NCBI GenBank assembly: GCA_003971905.1
Contig: RSEE01000074.1
Span: forward strand, 124,001-188,000
DNA: 64,000 nt
DNA from: Moniliella sp. 'wahieum'
Lineage: Eukaryota
Reading direction: 5' to 3'
Positions within the stretch are counted from its first letter, which is position 1, and every line of letters begins with the position of its first letter. Below the pieces are notes generated by a model. That model saw only the letters and a list, made by a program, of their open reading frames with translations. It made no database searches and had not been told where the DNA came from. The translations under genes and the position numbers were made by a program. Of this stretch, positions 23,714 through 34,833 are shown in pieces.

Positions 23714-26700
23714 GCATCTCTCATTCTAACCTACCTGATGCCTTGCGATATGGAGCTTTCCACCGTGCTGCATCCGTCCGCATCCTTTAGCGCATTATTC
23801 AATGGGTTACCCAGTATACTGAAAATTGGTTGATGCAATGAGAGAACCATATGGTACGCGTCGGCTGCTTGTCGGGCGATGATTAGTGCGGTAGAGCTAC
23901 AAAGTCCCCAGGCATCTTAATCGACCTCTCCGCCAATAGCCAAACACTAGAGACGAGCCGGCCGCGTGCCGCCTTTTCCTCCCGAGCCATCCATCATTGC
24001 AGATATCAGAAGTGAGAGCTTGCGAAAACAAGATGATGAAAGAGCGACTGTGGGACTCGACCGTTTCGTCGGCCATTTCTTTGGCCGTTTCTTTCGGAGT
24101 TTCAATTGGCAGAATGCATTACAGGCAAAAGGATATATCAAGGTGGACCACTGATCATGCATTAATCAGCCAGCCGAGACATAGCCCCCTGGGGTGTGGA
24201 CCATGCCGAATTTGAGTGCCTGAAGCTTGAAGCTTGAAGTGTTGACCGGGGGTCCGAGGATCAATCACCTCTAAGCCATGCTGACTTGATGTGACCGGCG
24301 TCATCGCATTCAGCTCTGCTATCCAACAGACAAGCTGGGAGACGTAGGCCAAAATGAAGCAGAGGTACCCGGTACCCGTACCGTCCTTTTGAAACTCAGC
24401 TGAGCCGCTCGCATGGCTCACACCCGGTCTCGAACGCAATGGTGGTCTTCATATCTCATCTGCATCATCCATCAGCGCCAGGAGTCAATCGATTTGAAAG
24501 AAAGCCGCGGAGGGTGGTGTAGCGACGTCCTGATCCACATGGTTACGGAGACCGCAATGGATGTCATATGCTAGCTGAGGCGTATAGAACACGAGCTGTC
24601 ACAGTCGGGGGTAAGGCAAGAGAGACCAGGGCCGGTAGTAGGCCTTTGAGTGGGGAAGAAGCAAGAGCAGAGGTGCGAAGCGGAAGAACAGGGAAGGAGC
24701 CGGACGCTAGGGATGAAGAAATTGGAAATGGGAGCGAGATCAGCCAAACTATAACAGAATTGTAAGCGATCGATTATGCGATTACGGGCGGATATTATGC
24801 GTTGGTTGTGTGTGGTAGGAAGAAGGACGAAGAGGGTACACTAGAAAGCAACTATCGCTGGCTTACGTTGTTATGCACGCGCGCCTTCAGCCTTCGAATA
24901 CGTCCGCGGAGCCTCTTCAGGGGCTGGTGTGAGGCCGGGGAGGCCGCTCACGTGCTCTACGACCGTGAAGGCAGTCACCGTCGCAACAGTAGTATGGGTC
25001 AGGGGGGCCAGGGGGGAGGGTCTTGCCGCAAGCGTGGGGCAAAAATGCTTTTTGATCTTTGAACGCGTGAGCGAGCGTTCTTCAACAAGCTTCAAGCTTC
25101 CAGCTTCAAGAGACACCGCCTCCAAAACCACGTGTGCGCAATATACGCAAGAACAACTCCTGATAAGCTCGGCACTCAGTACTCAGTCCTCCACAAGTCA
25201 CCGGTCACCCACGACGAGGAGAGTGGCTTGAAAAGGTAGTAGACTTACAAAAGAGGAAGCAAGTGGGAAAGCTTCATTCCGTGCTTTTGTGGACCTGGTA
25301 AGGAACAAGCACCCTGTACCTACTCCTCCGCTTGTCTCTACTGTGCCTGGGGTTGTACAACGACGTTCAGATCGTTCAGAAAAGCCAGTCTAATAGTCTT
25401 GAAGCTTGATGTAGACCTATATATAACCCAGGCAACGGAGGCAAGCGGGCAGGGTGGGCTCGGCCGGGCTACGCCGTCGTCCGTAACGCGCAACACCGTA
25501 TTATACAGATCCCGCGGCCATCCTACATGAGTTAAACTGTTCTCTGTCGGTCAGGAACTGTGTCCTATACGTACCCGTCTTTGCCTGTGTTAACTTTGGG
25601 GCGAAGAACCCTTCAGGATTAGCCCTCCGGCCTCCTCGTATACTGGTGCATATATCCTCAACCTTGCCAGGAGAGCCGACGCTCCAATTGAGCGGCCTCA
25701 CCTCGTCACTCTAGCTTCGTTCGCATAACTGCCACAGTAGTGTACGGGCTGGAACAACTGGCCTCTGTCCTGCTCCAAAAGGAAAGTACCCCTAAACTGC
25801 ATGGGTCGGGATCCAGTCCGGGCCCGCCTGTCATGCAATGACAGTACCAAAAAGCAGGCTGCGAAAGCGCGATCTATCCCCGCCGAAGCGATGTTTCGCG
25901 GCCATGTCAATCGTAAGTACCTCGAGGTCTGAATATGTTGGCACCCGCGGCCCCGTACATAGGCCAATAAGGTGCCTTAATTATCACCCTTGGCCCCTTA
26001 TTTGACCTCCTCCACGGGTATACTCATCAGGGCTTCTTTGAACCCCTGTCTCCTCTAGCTAGGTGTGGCATAAGGCTTAGACCTATAACCACCACCACCG
26101 CGATTGCATTGCTCTACTACAGTTCCAGAGGTTCATCGCCCAACCCCTTGGGTTCTCCGGTCTTACAGAGTAGCCCGAGTGCAAAAGAAAAATACGTATT
26201 GCGAAATTGATACACAACACGCGGAGGTGGAGAACACTGCGGGGCCGATACGGTAAAAGATGTCTTTAAAGTGTCTGATACTCAGCTAGAGGCTCAATGG
26301 TGGCCCTTGGTCACGCATCATGCATCATCAATCATGTCGATCATGGTCACTTCGAGACATTGTTGTTCTCAAGATGCTCTCCTCGCGAGAGATGAGGATC
26401 AGGCGCACACCGTACCTCTTCATGCGCAACACAACCCTCAATTTGACCTAGGATACACTCCTAAATTTGGGAGATGAGAGACGGGTACGAGTATTGTCGT
26501 AACCTCTCACTCTATAATACGATGTTTTCTTTGATGTTGGTCTACTAAGGGGCCGACGACGGATAGACAGAAGGATGAGGAGAAGTTGATGAATTGGAAC
26601 CAGAGTTGGGTGTGTTGGGTGCAGATGCGTCTATATAGGAGGCCGGACTAGGCACAGGGCCAGTGAGGCGTATAGGAGGGAACCGAGGGCACAGGGGCAG

Positions 26701-28134
26701 TGCCACGCTAAGACGCGTATCCGCAGCGTGTGGAAGCCAATGATGGAACCGAGGTGAACCTGATCTACCGAATGGGAGCCGTCGGAGGATCATCGATCAC
26801 AGCCGACACCTTATCCAATTGATATTGACCACAGGTGGTGTTAAAAGGAAGAGACCTCTGTTCTCAATCACCAGGATGATACTATCCGCGCACATATATA
26901 GACGGTTGGCCTCTCATTTTTACACTTTGGGTGGGCGGCGTGAACAATACAATCACACTTTATATCGCAGATCTCATGGGCAGTGGCGCCACAAGAAAAG
27001 ATCGAGGCGTAGTGCATAGCAAAAAGACCCCCCTCCGCCTTCATCCTGTAATCGGCATATGCTATGACACAAATAGATATGTGGACAAAAAGGAAAGGTT
27101 GTGAGGTAATAACGTGTGCGAGATCGGTAGTGAAAGCCACTCTATTAGTATATCTGAGTAAGGGAAAGGGAAAGCGTCATTCGCTATGCCTTTTCCCTCG
27201 TCGACAATCGTATAAGCGACGGTTACTTTTAGGGCTCTGCTTGGGGCTTGAACGCGTGTCGGACTTGGACGGTGTAGTTGTACTTCCCAAACAAGAATAT
27301 TCATATTCTCTGCTGTGGCGCGCGGACCCCACGACGGACGACAGTGTAGTCCATGTGATGTGTACACGGTCACAAGTATTTATAGTGCATTGCTTCCAGA
27401 AAGCGTTTAGAAAGAGTTGACGTTGATGGCGCAGTAGTGACTAGTAGTAACACTAAATACAGACCAAAAAGGAGACTCAATTCTGCCTCACTGTCATCGT
27501 GTTTACCTTTGATTCCTCAACAATTGGAATCGCGAGTGGGCATTGCTGAAGGAGGAGTGGAATGGAGGATGTGGTTCTGAGGAGAGGTAAGGAGGCTATG
27601 AGGGTAGGGCCTTATATAGAGGGGTACCGCGGAGCTGAGGAAGCTTCCGGGCGGATAAGAGGGGTGATGACTATCACGCAGGATGGCGTGATTGGGGCAT
27701 CGCCCCAACAGGCATGGGTGAATGAGTGGTGGACGAGTAGGTCGATGCAAAGGGTGCGACGCATATTATTGATGTCGACACCGGACTTTTTTAGCTAGCC
27801 GTGTTGGCAACGTCAGGCCTCAGGCAAGGAGATATGGTATTCCGCGGAATTAGAAAGGATAGCGATAGAAAAAGCTGATGAAACTGCGTATCCGCCCCCT
27901 CCATGGAGATGCTCGGAAGCCGAAAGAATCATGTGGAAGATACGGAATGCGCAGGACCGATGCACAAATGCATGTGCCGAACCTAGTGTAACATGTAACA
28001 CATGTAACATGCATAACACGTATAACTGATGTGAATACCGCTAGGCTCTGGCCCATTGGTGGTCAACAAAATGTCGATATCGAGTGGGACAGAAGAGGGA
28101 TAAGACGCTTCTGTCAGAGAACCACATTCTTTTC

Positions 28135-28281
28135 ATTATCGACATTATCGATTATCGATTATCGATTATCGCTCGTCCGTCTGAGAGCGCTCAGCCGCTC
28201 ACATGGCTCACATCTCATCACTTCAATCTTCAAGCTTCAAGCTTCAAGCTTCAAGCTTCAGCTTCAACGTTCAACTTCAAC
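28135..28281. repeat. Adjacent heptamer arrays (ATTATCG)x4 and (CTTCAAG)x4 grading into GTTCAAC
   Basis: Exact tandem units at 28144-28171 and 28228-28255. Confidence 0.9.
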
Positions 28282-29386
28282 CTCGGTCGTTTGTATTGGT
28301 CACCACTTTGCGACTACATTCACATGTTTACGTTTGACAATGTGCATGGGCGATGGTTTGCGAAGAGTTACAAGTTACCAGTGGCAGCAAACTGAGTGTG
28401 GCTGATGCGCTGATGCGACGCATCCACCCGCCCCACTCAATCTACACATCACATATCTGGGCCATGTTATCCATATCACAAATCATCAACATCAACCGTT
28501 GCGCGTTGGCTATGGATCATCGCTCCCATCCTGCGTCAACGCGTCGACGTTTTTGAAGTTCAACGTTCAACACATTCAACGCGTCAACCATCCCCGCTGC
28601 GCACAGGTTCTCCGCGGGATGGGCCCCACGCTTGTGTAGCAACAGCTCCCGACGCGTTATATCCTAGGCGTGCGCGTGACGATACTGACGGCACGCACAG
28701 ATGGGCCCACAAGTGGCGCGTCCGCACTGGGATTCGTCACGTCTATCACGTATCTGCGCACATCCCTGTGTCACCCGCGTCACCCGCGTCACCCCGCACC
28801 CCTCACCCCGTCATTTCACTCCAGCGACTGCCCCATGTCCTCTCCACCCCTGATCGATGATCGATGGTCGAGGACGCGCGAGGACGGAGCACTGAACGTG
28901 TATTAATTAATCATCGATCATTTCCTTGCGAGGCAGGGGCTTCGGGGACCGGGCGGGCGGACACATGCCGGGTGCATCCGCAACTACAAACCCCACGGTA
29001 ACATTCTGGCGTACAATTGACTCAATGGCCTGTTCCCAGTTTAGCTATACTGGGCCCATGCAGTGCCTCACCTTCTCCAACCCCTGGCGCCTCCGACTCC
29101 GTGGACTTGTGGACACTGTACTCGGTACCGCAGTGAGCGGGGATCAGATTCCAGACAGTTCTCATTATGCATGCGCCGACCCAGATTTGTTGTCCAAAAA
29201 CGCCGATATGCTGAGCTGAAGACTTCAGGTTTTTTCGACTTGTGTACACTGGCCATTGCCGTACGCCTCGCCATTGGCAGCCAACGTCCAACCACCACCT
29301 CCCCCGCTATCTCTCTTTCGTCCCGCCACTGCACGCCCGCTTCTGCCCACCGCCTCACCCTCCTTTGCGCTACCACATCCTTCACC

Positions 29387-31344
29387 ATGACCGCTGTTGA
29401 AGGCAAGAACGACGCTGTGGCAAGCGCACCTGCTGACAGCGGTGACACTCCTCGCCCTTCCTCCATTGCCAGTCCACCTCATTCTCCAGCCTCGCCTGTT
29501 GATGCGACCCCGCCGCTGACTCCCAGTCAGCCCCAGCCCCAGCCCCGGCCTCAGCGACTCCTGGAGTCGATCCGGCCTTCATCGTCAACTGGGACGGGCC
29601 TGATGACCCAGACAACCCCCATAATTGGTCGCTTACCTATCGCTGGGCGCTCACCATTCTTATGGGTATCCTCACCCTCAACTCTTCCTTCACGTCCTCC
29701 ATCCCTTCGGGAACAGCGGTGGAGGAAATGGAATACTTCCATGTGTCGCAAGAAGTCATCACTCTCGCCATCACGGCCTATGTAATTGGGTGCGTCTTCT
29801 TCTTTGTCGTACTCTTTCACCCACGGTTCTGCTAACTTCTCGCTCGCGCTTGATGCGAAACACAGTTACATTCTTGGCCCGCTCGTGTGGGCACCTCTGT
29901 CGGAACGTGTTGGCCGATACCCTACCTTCGCCATCGCTATTACATGTTACACTGCTTTCAATTTGGGGTGTGCACTCTGCAAAAACATCGGCTCGCTCAT
30001 TGTTTTTCGGTTACTGGCTGGTTCTTTGCCGCATGCCTCTCACCAATGCCGCGGGTGTCCTGGCGGATATTTGGGATGCCAACACCCGTGGAACAGCCGT
30101 GGCACTTTTCTCCGTCGCTCCATTTGCTGGTATGTCTTTTGGTTTTCCCCACTCCTTTATCAACACCCGCATTGACTGACTCTATATGGAATCTACAGGC
30201 CCCGCTCTTGGCCCGACCGTTTCAGGTGCGATTTCAGTAACTCATACTTCGTGGCGCTGGACTTATTACACAGCCACAATTTTCAGTGGTGTGTGCGCCA
30301 TTGCTGCCATCTTGTGTGTAAAAGAAACGTACGCTCCCATTATCCTTGCTCGCAAGGCCAAGAAGTTGCGCAAGGAGACTGGCGACGAACGCTACGTGGC
30401 GCGGATTGAGCTCAACCGCCTCGAGTTCGTTCCGTTGATGAAGGATACCATCTTGAAGCCCTTTGTGTTGCTGTTTCAAGAGCCCATGCTGCTCGCTACC
30501 TCGCTCTATTGCGGGTACGTGTACGGCTGTTTGTACATGCTGTTTGAAGCGTTCCCACTGGTTTTCGGTGAGCTCCATCACATCAATGTCCTTCTCTCCG
30601 GTCTTTGCTTCATGCCCTTCTTTATCGGCGGTGTGATCGTTTGCGCATCCACAGTGGTCTACTGGAATCCCCAATACATTAAGGAGGCTAAACAATCTCC
30701 CACGGGGATTCTCCCACCTGAAAAGCGCTTGCCTATGTCCTACCTGGGTGGCCCATTGATCTCTATTTCGGCCTTCTGGCTTGGCTGGACAGCCTATCCG
30801 TCCATCTCAATTTGGTGCGGGTTGATTTCCACCTCACTTATGGGCGCAGGATTTATTCTTGTGTTCCAAGGTCTGTTGACCTACATCGTCGAAGCCTACC
30901 TTCTCAATGCTGCCTCCGCCATCGCCGCCAACACTATCGTGCGTATACTCCTGTCGTTTCTTCCTCCCCCCCACCAACAAATCACTAACTATAACGTTAT
31001 TACAGGTCCGTTCTGCCTTTGGTGCTGGCTTCCCTTTGTTTACTACACAAATGTTCCACCGTCTTGGACTGCACTGGGCGTTCACGCTAGTCGGGTGCCT
31101 GAGCGTGATTATGATCCCAATCCCATTTGTGTTGGGTTTCTATGGCCCCAAGTTGCGTGCCATGAGCAAGAACACCATGTCCTACGAGGAAGTAGCGATG
31201 ATCATGGGGCTCTCCGTCCCCGCCCAAGCAAAGCAAGACCCGGAGTCTTCCCCCAGCGCCGAGCCCAAAGCAGGGGAACGTCGGGACAGTGCACCAAGCC
31301 TCGTAGGCTCCTATCGGTCTCAGCCTAAGTCCGAAACCGCGTAA
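29387..31344 (+). CDS. MFS drug:H+ antiporter, DHA1 family (Tpo1-like); introns 29790-29865, 30130-30198, 30939-31005
   Basis: VNWDGPDDPDNPHNW, GPLVWAPLSERVGR, GVLADIW...RG, GPALGP, WRWTYY, KETYAPIIL, PEKRLP, AASAIAANTI/VRSAFGAGFPLF; three canonical introns. Confidence 0.92.
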
Positions 31345-32096
31345 CGCGTAACTGCCCTTCACTGCTCCTCATGCACAAATCCTTTATTTGGTGATTCAAT
31401 CCAGTGTTCAGTGCATCTTAATGTCATTTGGACATGCACCTTCCTTGTCATTTGGACTACACCTTCATCTCATTTGAACCTACTCTTTTCCCGTTGTCAG
31501 CGCCATCATGCATCATGCATGCAGCAGATCACACATCACACATCTCTCTGTTTCTATCCGACTCTCCCCTATGTTCTGCCCTAACGGCTCCTCTCTTGGA
31601 TAGGCCCATCAACTTTCCTCCCTTTCTCCTTCTCTATGTAGGCGTTGTCCTCATTAACAACTGTGCATCTTTGCTTGATGTGCTCGTGACTCTGTGACCA
31701 ACTTGCTCTCTTATACACAGTCAAAATGAGGCCTGTGCTTGAAGCACGATGCTTGAAGCACCGAAGGAGCAGTATATCAGTCAACTTCCCACACTTAGCT
31801 CTCAGCTAGTCATACAACATCCTCGGAGCACGCGCGGAAGAAAAACAGCTTCCGTCTCTCTCATCTGGGGTGGCTACGGTTGGGCTGACATGTTTTGACA
31901 GTCAATCAGGGGACCTGGTGGAGCAAAAATACAGAAGGTGGGGTGCTCTAACATCCACTCGAGCCGTCGCAAAATGCCCTACGGGTTTCCGATTGTATAA
32001 CTGCGTGCCGTGATGGCTTCAAAGGATGGAAGGGTATGAGCAAAAGATGTAAAGTACAACGACACGGATGCAACATGAGAAGGCTGGAAGGAGACA

Positions 32097-32875
32097 TTAG
32101 GCCACCATGGGTTTGGCCACCTTGCGTTTCTCTACAACTCCTGTGACGGGTCGAGCATCTGATCCCAGCTGATCGGCACCAGCGCGGTTAGACCTTCACT
32201 CGACGGTTTGACACGGGCTGGAGAGTCGTCCAACAAGGCCACGTCCGAGGGAGCGCTGGACGACGAAGCAATGGCGTAGACTACCCCAGCTGATTGGCTG
32301 CGGTGGAAAGGAAGTAGGAGCGAGCATCGCCCAAGGAAATCTAGATATGAGAGGTAGCAGAAAATTGAGCGCCCGAGAGTCAATATAAAACTGCGTGTGT
32401 AGGGGAAAGGGGAGGGCACGCACCACCTCTGCACGAACGATATCGCCCGGACGGAAACAGTCTACCATCTTACCGTGTCCTTCTGCGTCGAGCGCACATC
32501 GGGCGCGCGAATCAGGCCTTGAAAGAGCGAGTCGGGATTGCCATCGTCGGCGCGGCGACCGCCATGGGCGGGAGCCAGCCAAGCCGCAGGGAGTCCCGTC
32601 GATTGCCAGAATCACGCAGCTGGCTTGCCTTGGGGACACACGCACGATTCGTACCAGAACGCTGGAGCCCACTTCAGGAACAGGGAAGCGGACCCCAGCC
32701 CCACGCACCGACACGGCCGGGCCCGAGGTATCGAGGGTGCCCACTCGGCTCGCCACCATCCATCCTCCACGGGGAAATACGCCTTCTGCGGATAAAGCAG
32801 CGGCTGTGGCGGATAGCGGAGCCTGGGGATGGAGCTCACAGGCTGGCCAGGGAGCACAACAGGAGTGCGGAGCAT
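32097..32875 (-). CDS. CSL4: RNA exosome cap subunit Csl4 (EXOSC1); intron 32341-32423
   Basis: VVLPGQP, VPEVGSSVLVRIVRV, KMVDCFRPGDIVRAEV/ISLGDARSYFLSTAANQLGVVYA, LVPISWDQMLDP..EKRKVAKP. Confidence 0.92.
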
Positions 32876-33066
32876 CGTCAAATGCGTTGTGGAGGTTCGG
32901 AGGGCTGGTCAGCTGCTACATTTTGGCCCAGTCAAGCGAAATGGAGAGCAGCGGAATTGTATGTTCCGCCGGCAGAATTTTTCAGCCTTCGCCTCCACCC
33001 AGCAAACATAAATAGCAGCGAAATAGCTGCGTCTTCCGCTTCTTCCCAACCACCAACCACTATCGG

Positions 33067-33240
33067 GTAAGCATCTGATCCTCTTTTTCGCTGCTATGAT
33101 GCTTGAGGCATTTGGCTGTATGAGTCCTTCGGGACTCGATGCCGAAAATATCTCGCTACCTAACTTTTTTTGTCTGAGCCATTCACCTACCTGTTTGTTC
33201 GGACGGCACGCTGACTCTTTTCTTGTGTGCGATGGCCCAG
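33067..33240 (+). other. Spliceosomal intron hosting the snoRNA, in an apparently non-coding transcript divergent from CSL4
   Basis: GTAAGC donor at 33067, GCTGAC branch point at 33210, pyrimidine tract, CAG acceptor at 33238-33240; flanking exons give no convincing ORF. Confidence 0.7.
33093..33180 (+). ncRNA. snR13: Box C/D snoRNA, snR13/U15 (SNORD15) type, guiding 2'-O-methylation of LSU rRNA at the yeast A2280/A2281 equivalent; intron-encoded
   Basis: C box ATGATGC 33096-33102. 13-nt guide GAGGCATTTGGCT (33105-33117) is complementary to the conserved LSU sequence AGCCAAATGCCTC. Internal GAGTCC-TTCG-GGACTC hairpin. Accessory GCTACCT (33155-33161) is complementary to the adjacent rRNA AGGTAGC. 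U-rich stretch, then D box CTGA 33174-33177. Confidence 0.88.
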
Positions 33241-33495
33241 GCTTCGAATATACGCTTTTGCCCTCCTCAGTCATCCGTATGATCTTCAGCCATGTAGCCC
33301 CTAGTGACGCTGTCTCCCTTCTGTCGTCGTCCACAAACCGTTACCAGAACTCACATACCCACTGCAGGTCAGGTTCCTCAACTCTACACATCTCAACTCG
33401 CAACTCACGGACCGTTCCGTCTTCATCTGTTACGCCCACACCAGACGGCGCAAGCTCTGCTTTCCGAGCCTCAATCCATTCGTCGTACGTTGATG

Positions 33496-33521
33496 TCAAC
33501 GTTCAACGTTCAACGTTCAAC
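33496..33521. repeat. (GTTCAAC) heptamer array
   Basis: tcaacgttcaacgttcaacgttcaac. Confidence 0.85.
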
Positions 33522-33736
33522 TTGAATGTTCAGTCTGAACGTTTAAGCTCACTAAGCAATGACGCGATGACGATAAACTCGCCCAATCAACTCTTCTTCT
33601 TGTCCGCGGGCGTAGGCCCTTTCCACGGACTTTGGCCGGGGGAATAACCTGCCCCCACATACAACCTGACGCAAACACAGGGGACAATGGTGACAGCCGG
33701 ATGGAGGTAACGAGCATGAATTTTGGGCACGAATGC

Positions 33737-34652
33737 CTACTTTTGTCGTCCAAACTCATCGAGCGGTCGAACCTCCTCGAGATCGATGCCGACAGTGTAG
33801 GAAGCGAGGTCCGTGTCTGGCTCCAAATCTCCCGTCTTTTCGTTGCGCTTAGCAGCAAAGAAAGTGTAGGAGAGAATGACCTCAGTCATATCTCGACACG
33901 TTGGGTCGTCCAGCACATCCCGATCAATGAAGAAGAAGACGGGAAGGTCCACCTCCTCCCCCGCAAGAAGGCGCTGCTGTTCGAAGCAGAAACATTCCCC
34001 TTGGCAAAGTATGGTGCCACCTATCCACACATATGTCAGTCAGGCAAGGGAAATGGGGAGTGAGACGTACGCGATCAGGAGCAACGTTGTAGGTGGCGAT
34101 ACCGACGATATCTTTCTTAGATGGTTCTTGGCCCGGAAGAAAGCGAGTGCCGTCTCGCCTGGGAGGATGAAGAGTTCCTTGGTCGAAGGGGTGAAGGCCC
34201 AGGGGAGGTCGTCCGAGTATCTGAGGTAAAGCGGACGCGGATCCTCCGCCGTGCCACACCGGAGCCAGGGACATTGGAAATGAGCCTTCGGGGTCGTACT
34301 GAGCCGGCACAAGACGGGAAGGGGAGAAGCGGCCTTCCTCGTCGTCGCCGGCGATGGGGGTACCGCCGTATCCGGTGGCCGAGCAGAAGGCCCGGTAGAA
34401 GGGCACCGCTGCGTAGCTTAGCCCAAACGCAAGGATAAATGTGGCAGATGAATAGAGGAACATGTTCTTGTTGCGCAGGCTGGCACGTTCCCGTTGCGAC
34501 TCGTACGTTGCACGCACCACATCTTCCGGGGTGAGCTTGGAGCGGGCGGAGTAGGCATGCGAGATACCACGAGCCGGCGCCACGCGCGCCATGTGTCCAC
34601 GTAGGCTGCCTGCCACATGTCGGGCACCGAGGAAACGCCCCAGCATGCTCAT
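33737..34652 (-). CDS. COX11: Cytochrome c oxidase copper chaperone Cox11; intron 34021-34070
   Basis: Arg-rich mitochondrial presequence, LSYAAVPFYRAFCSATGYGGTP, LPWAFTP, PGETALAFF, GIATYNV, CFCFEQQRL..GEEVDLPVFFFID, LSYTFF. Confidence 0.96.
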
Positions 34653-34833
34653 AGCGAAATGGGGATGGGTGGTGGTGGGTCGCTACCAGAGATCTATGCA
34701 GCTATGGCTTCCTTCAGAGCTTCACCAGAACGTGGCCTGGGATGCCGGAAGCTCGATGATCAATGGATGATAATTGAGCCGACTAACGCAGGCCATCCGC
34801 TGTCCTTCGGTCAGCGGCAGAATATTGAAAGTA

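Noticed and set aside
24032..24154. ATGATGA ... CTGA pair resembling a second C/D snoRNA
   Set aside because: No convincing rRNA-complementary guide of 10 nt or more next to a D/D' box, no terminal stem and no host intron
28144..28281. Repeat arrays as CRISPR
   Set aside because: Units are 7 bp, contiguous and have no unique spacers; eukaryotic context and no cas genes
29160..29390. HOL1-type polyamine-sensing uORF (ending PS*) upstream of the MFS gene
   Set aside because: Short upstream ORFs (MLS*, MHAPTQICCPKTPIC*) do not end in Pro-Ser-stop, and the transcription start is unknown
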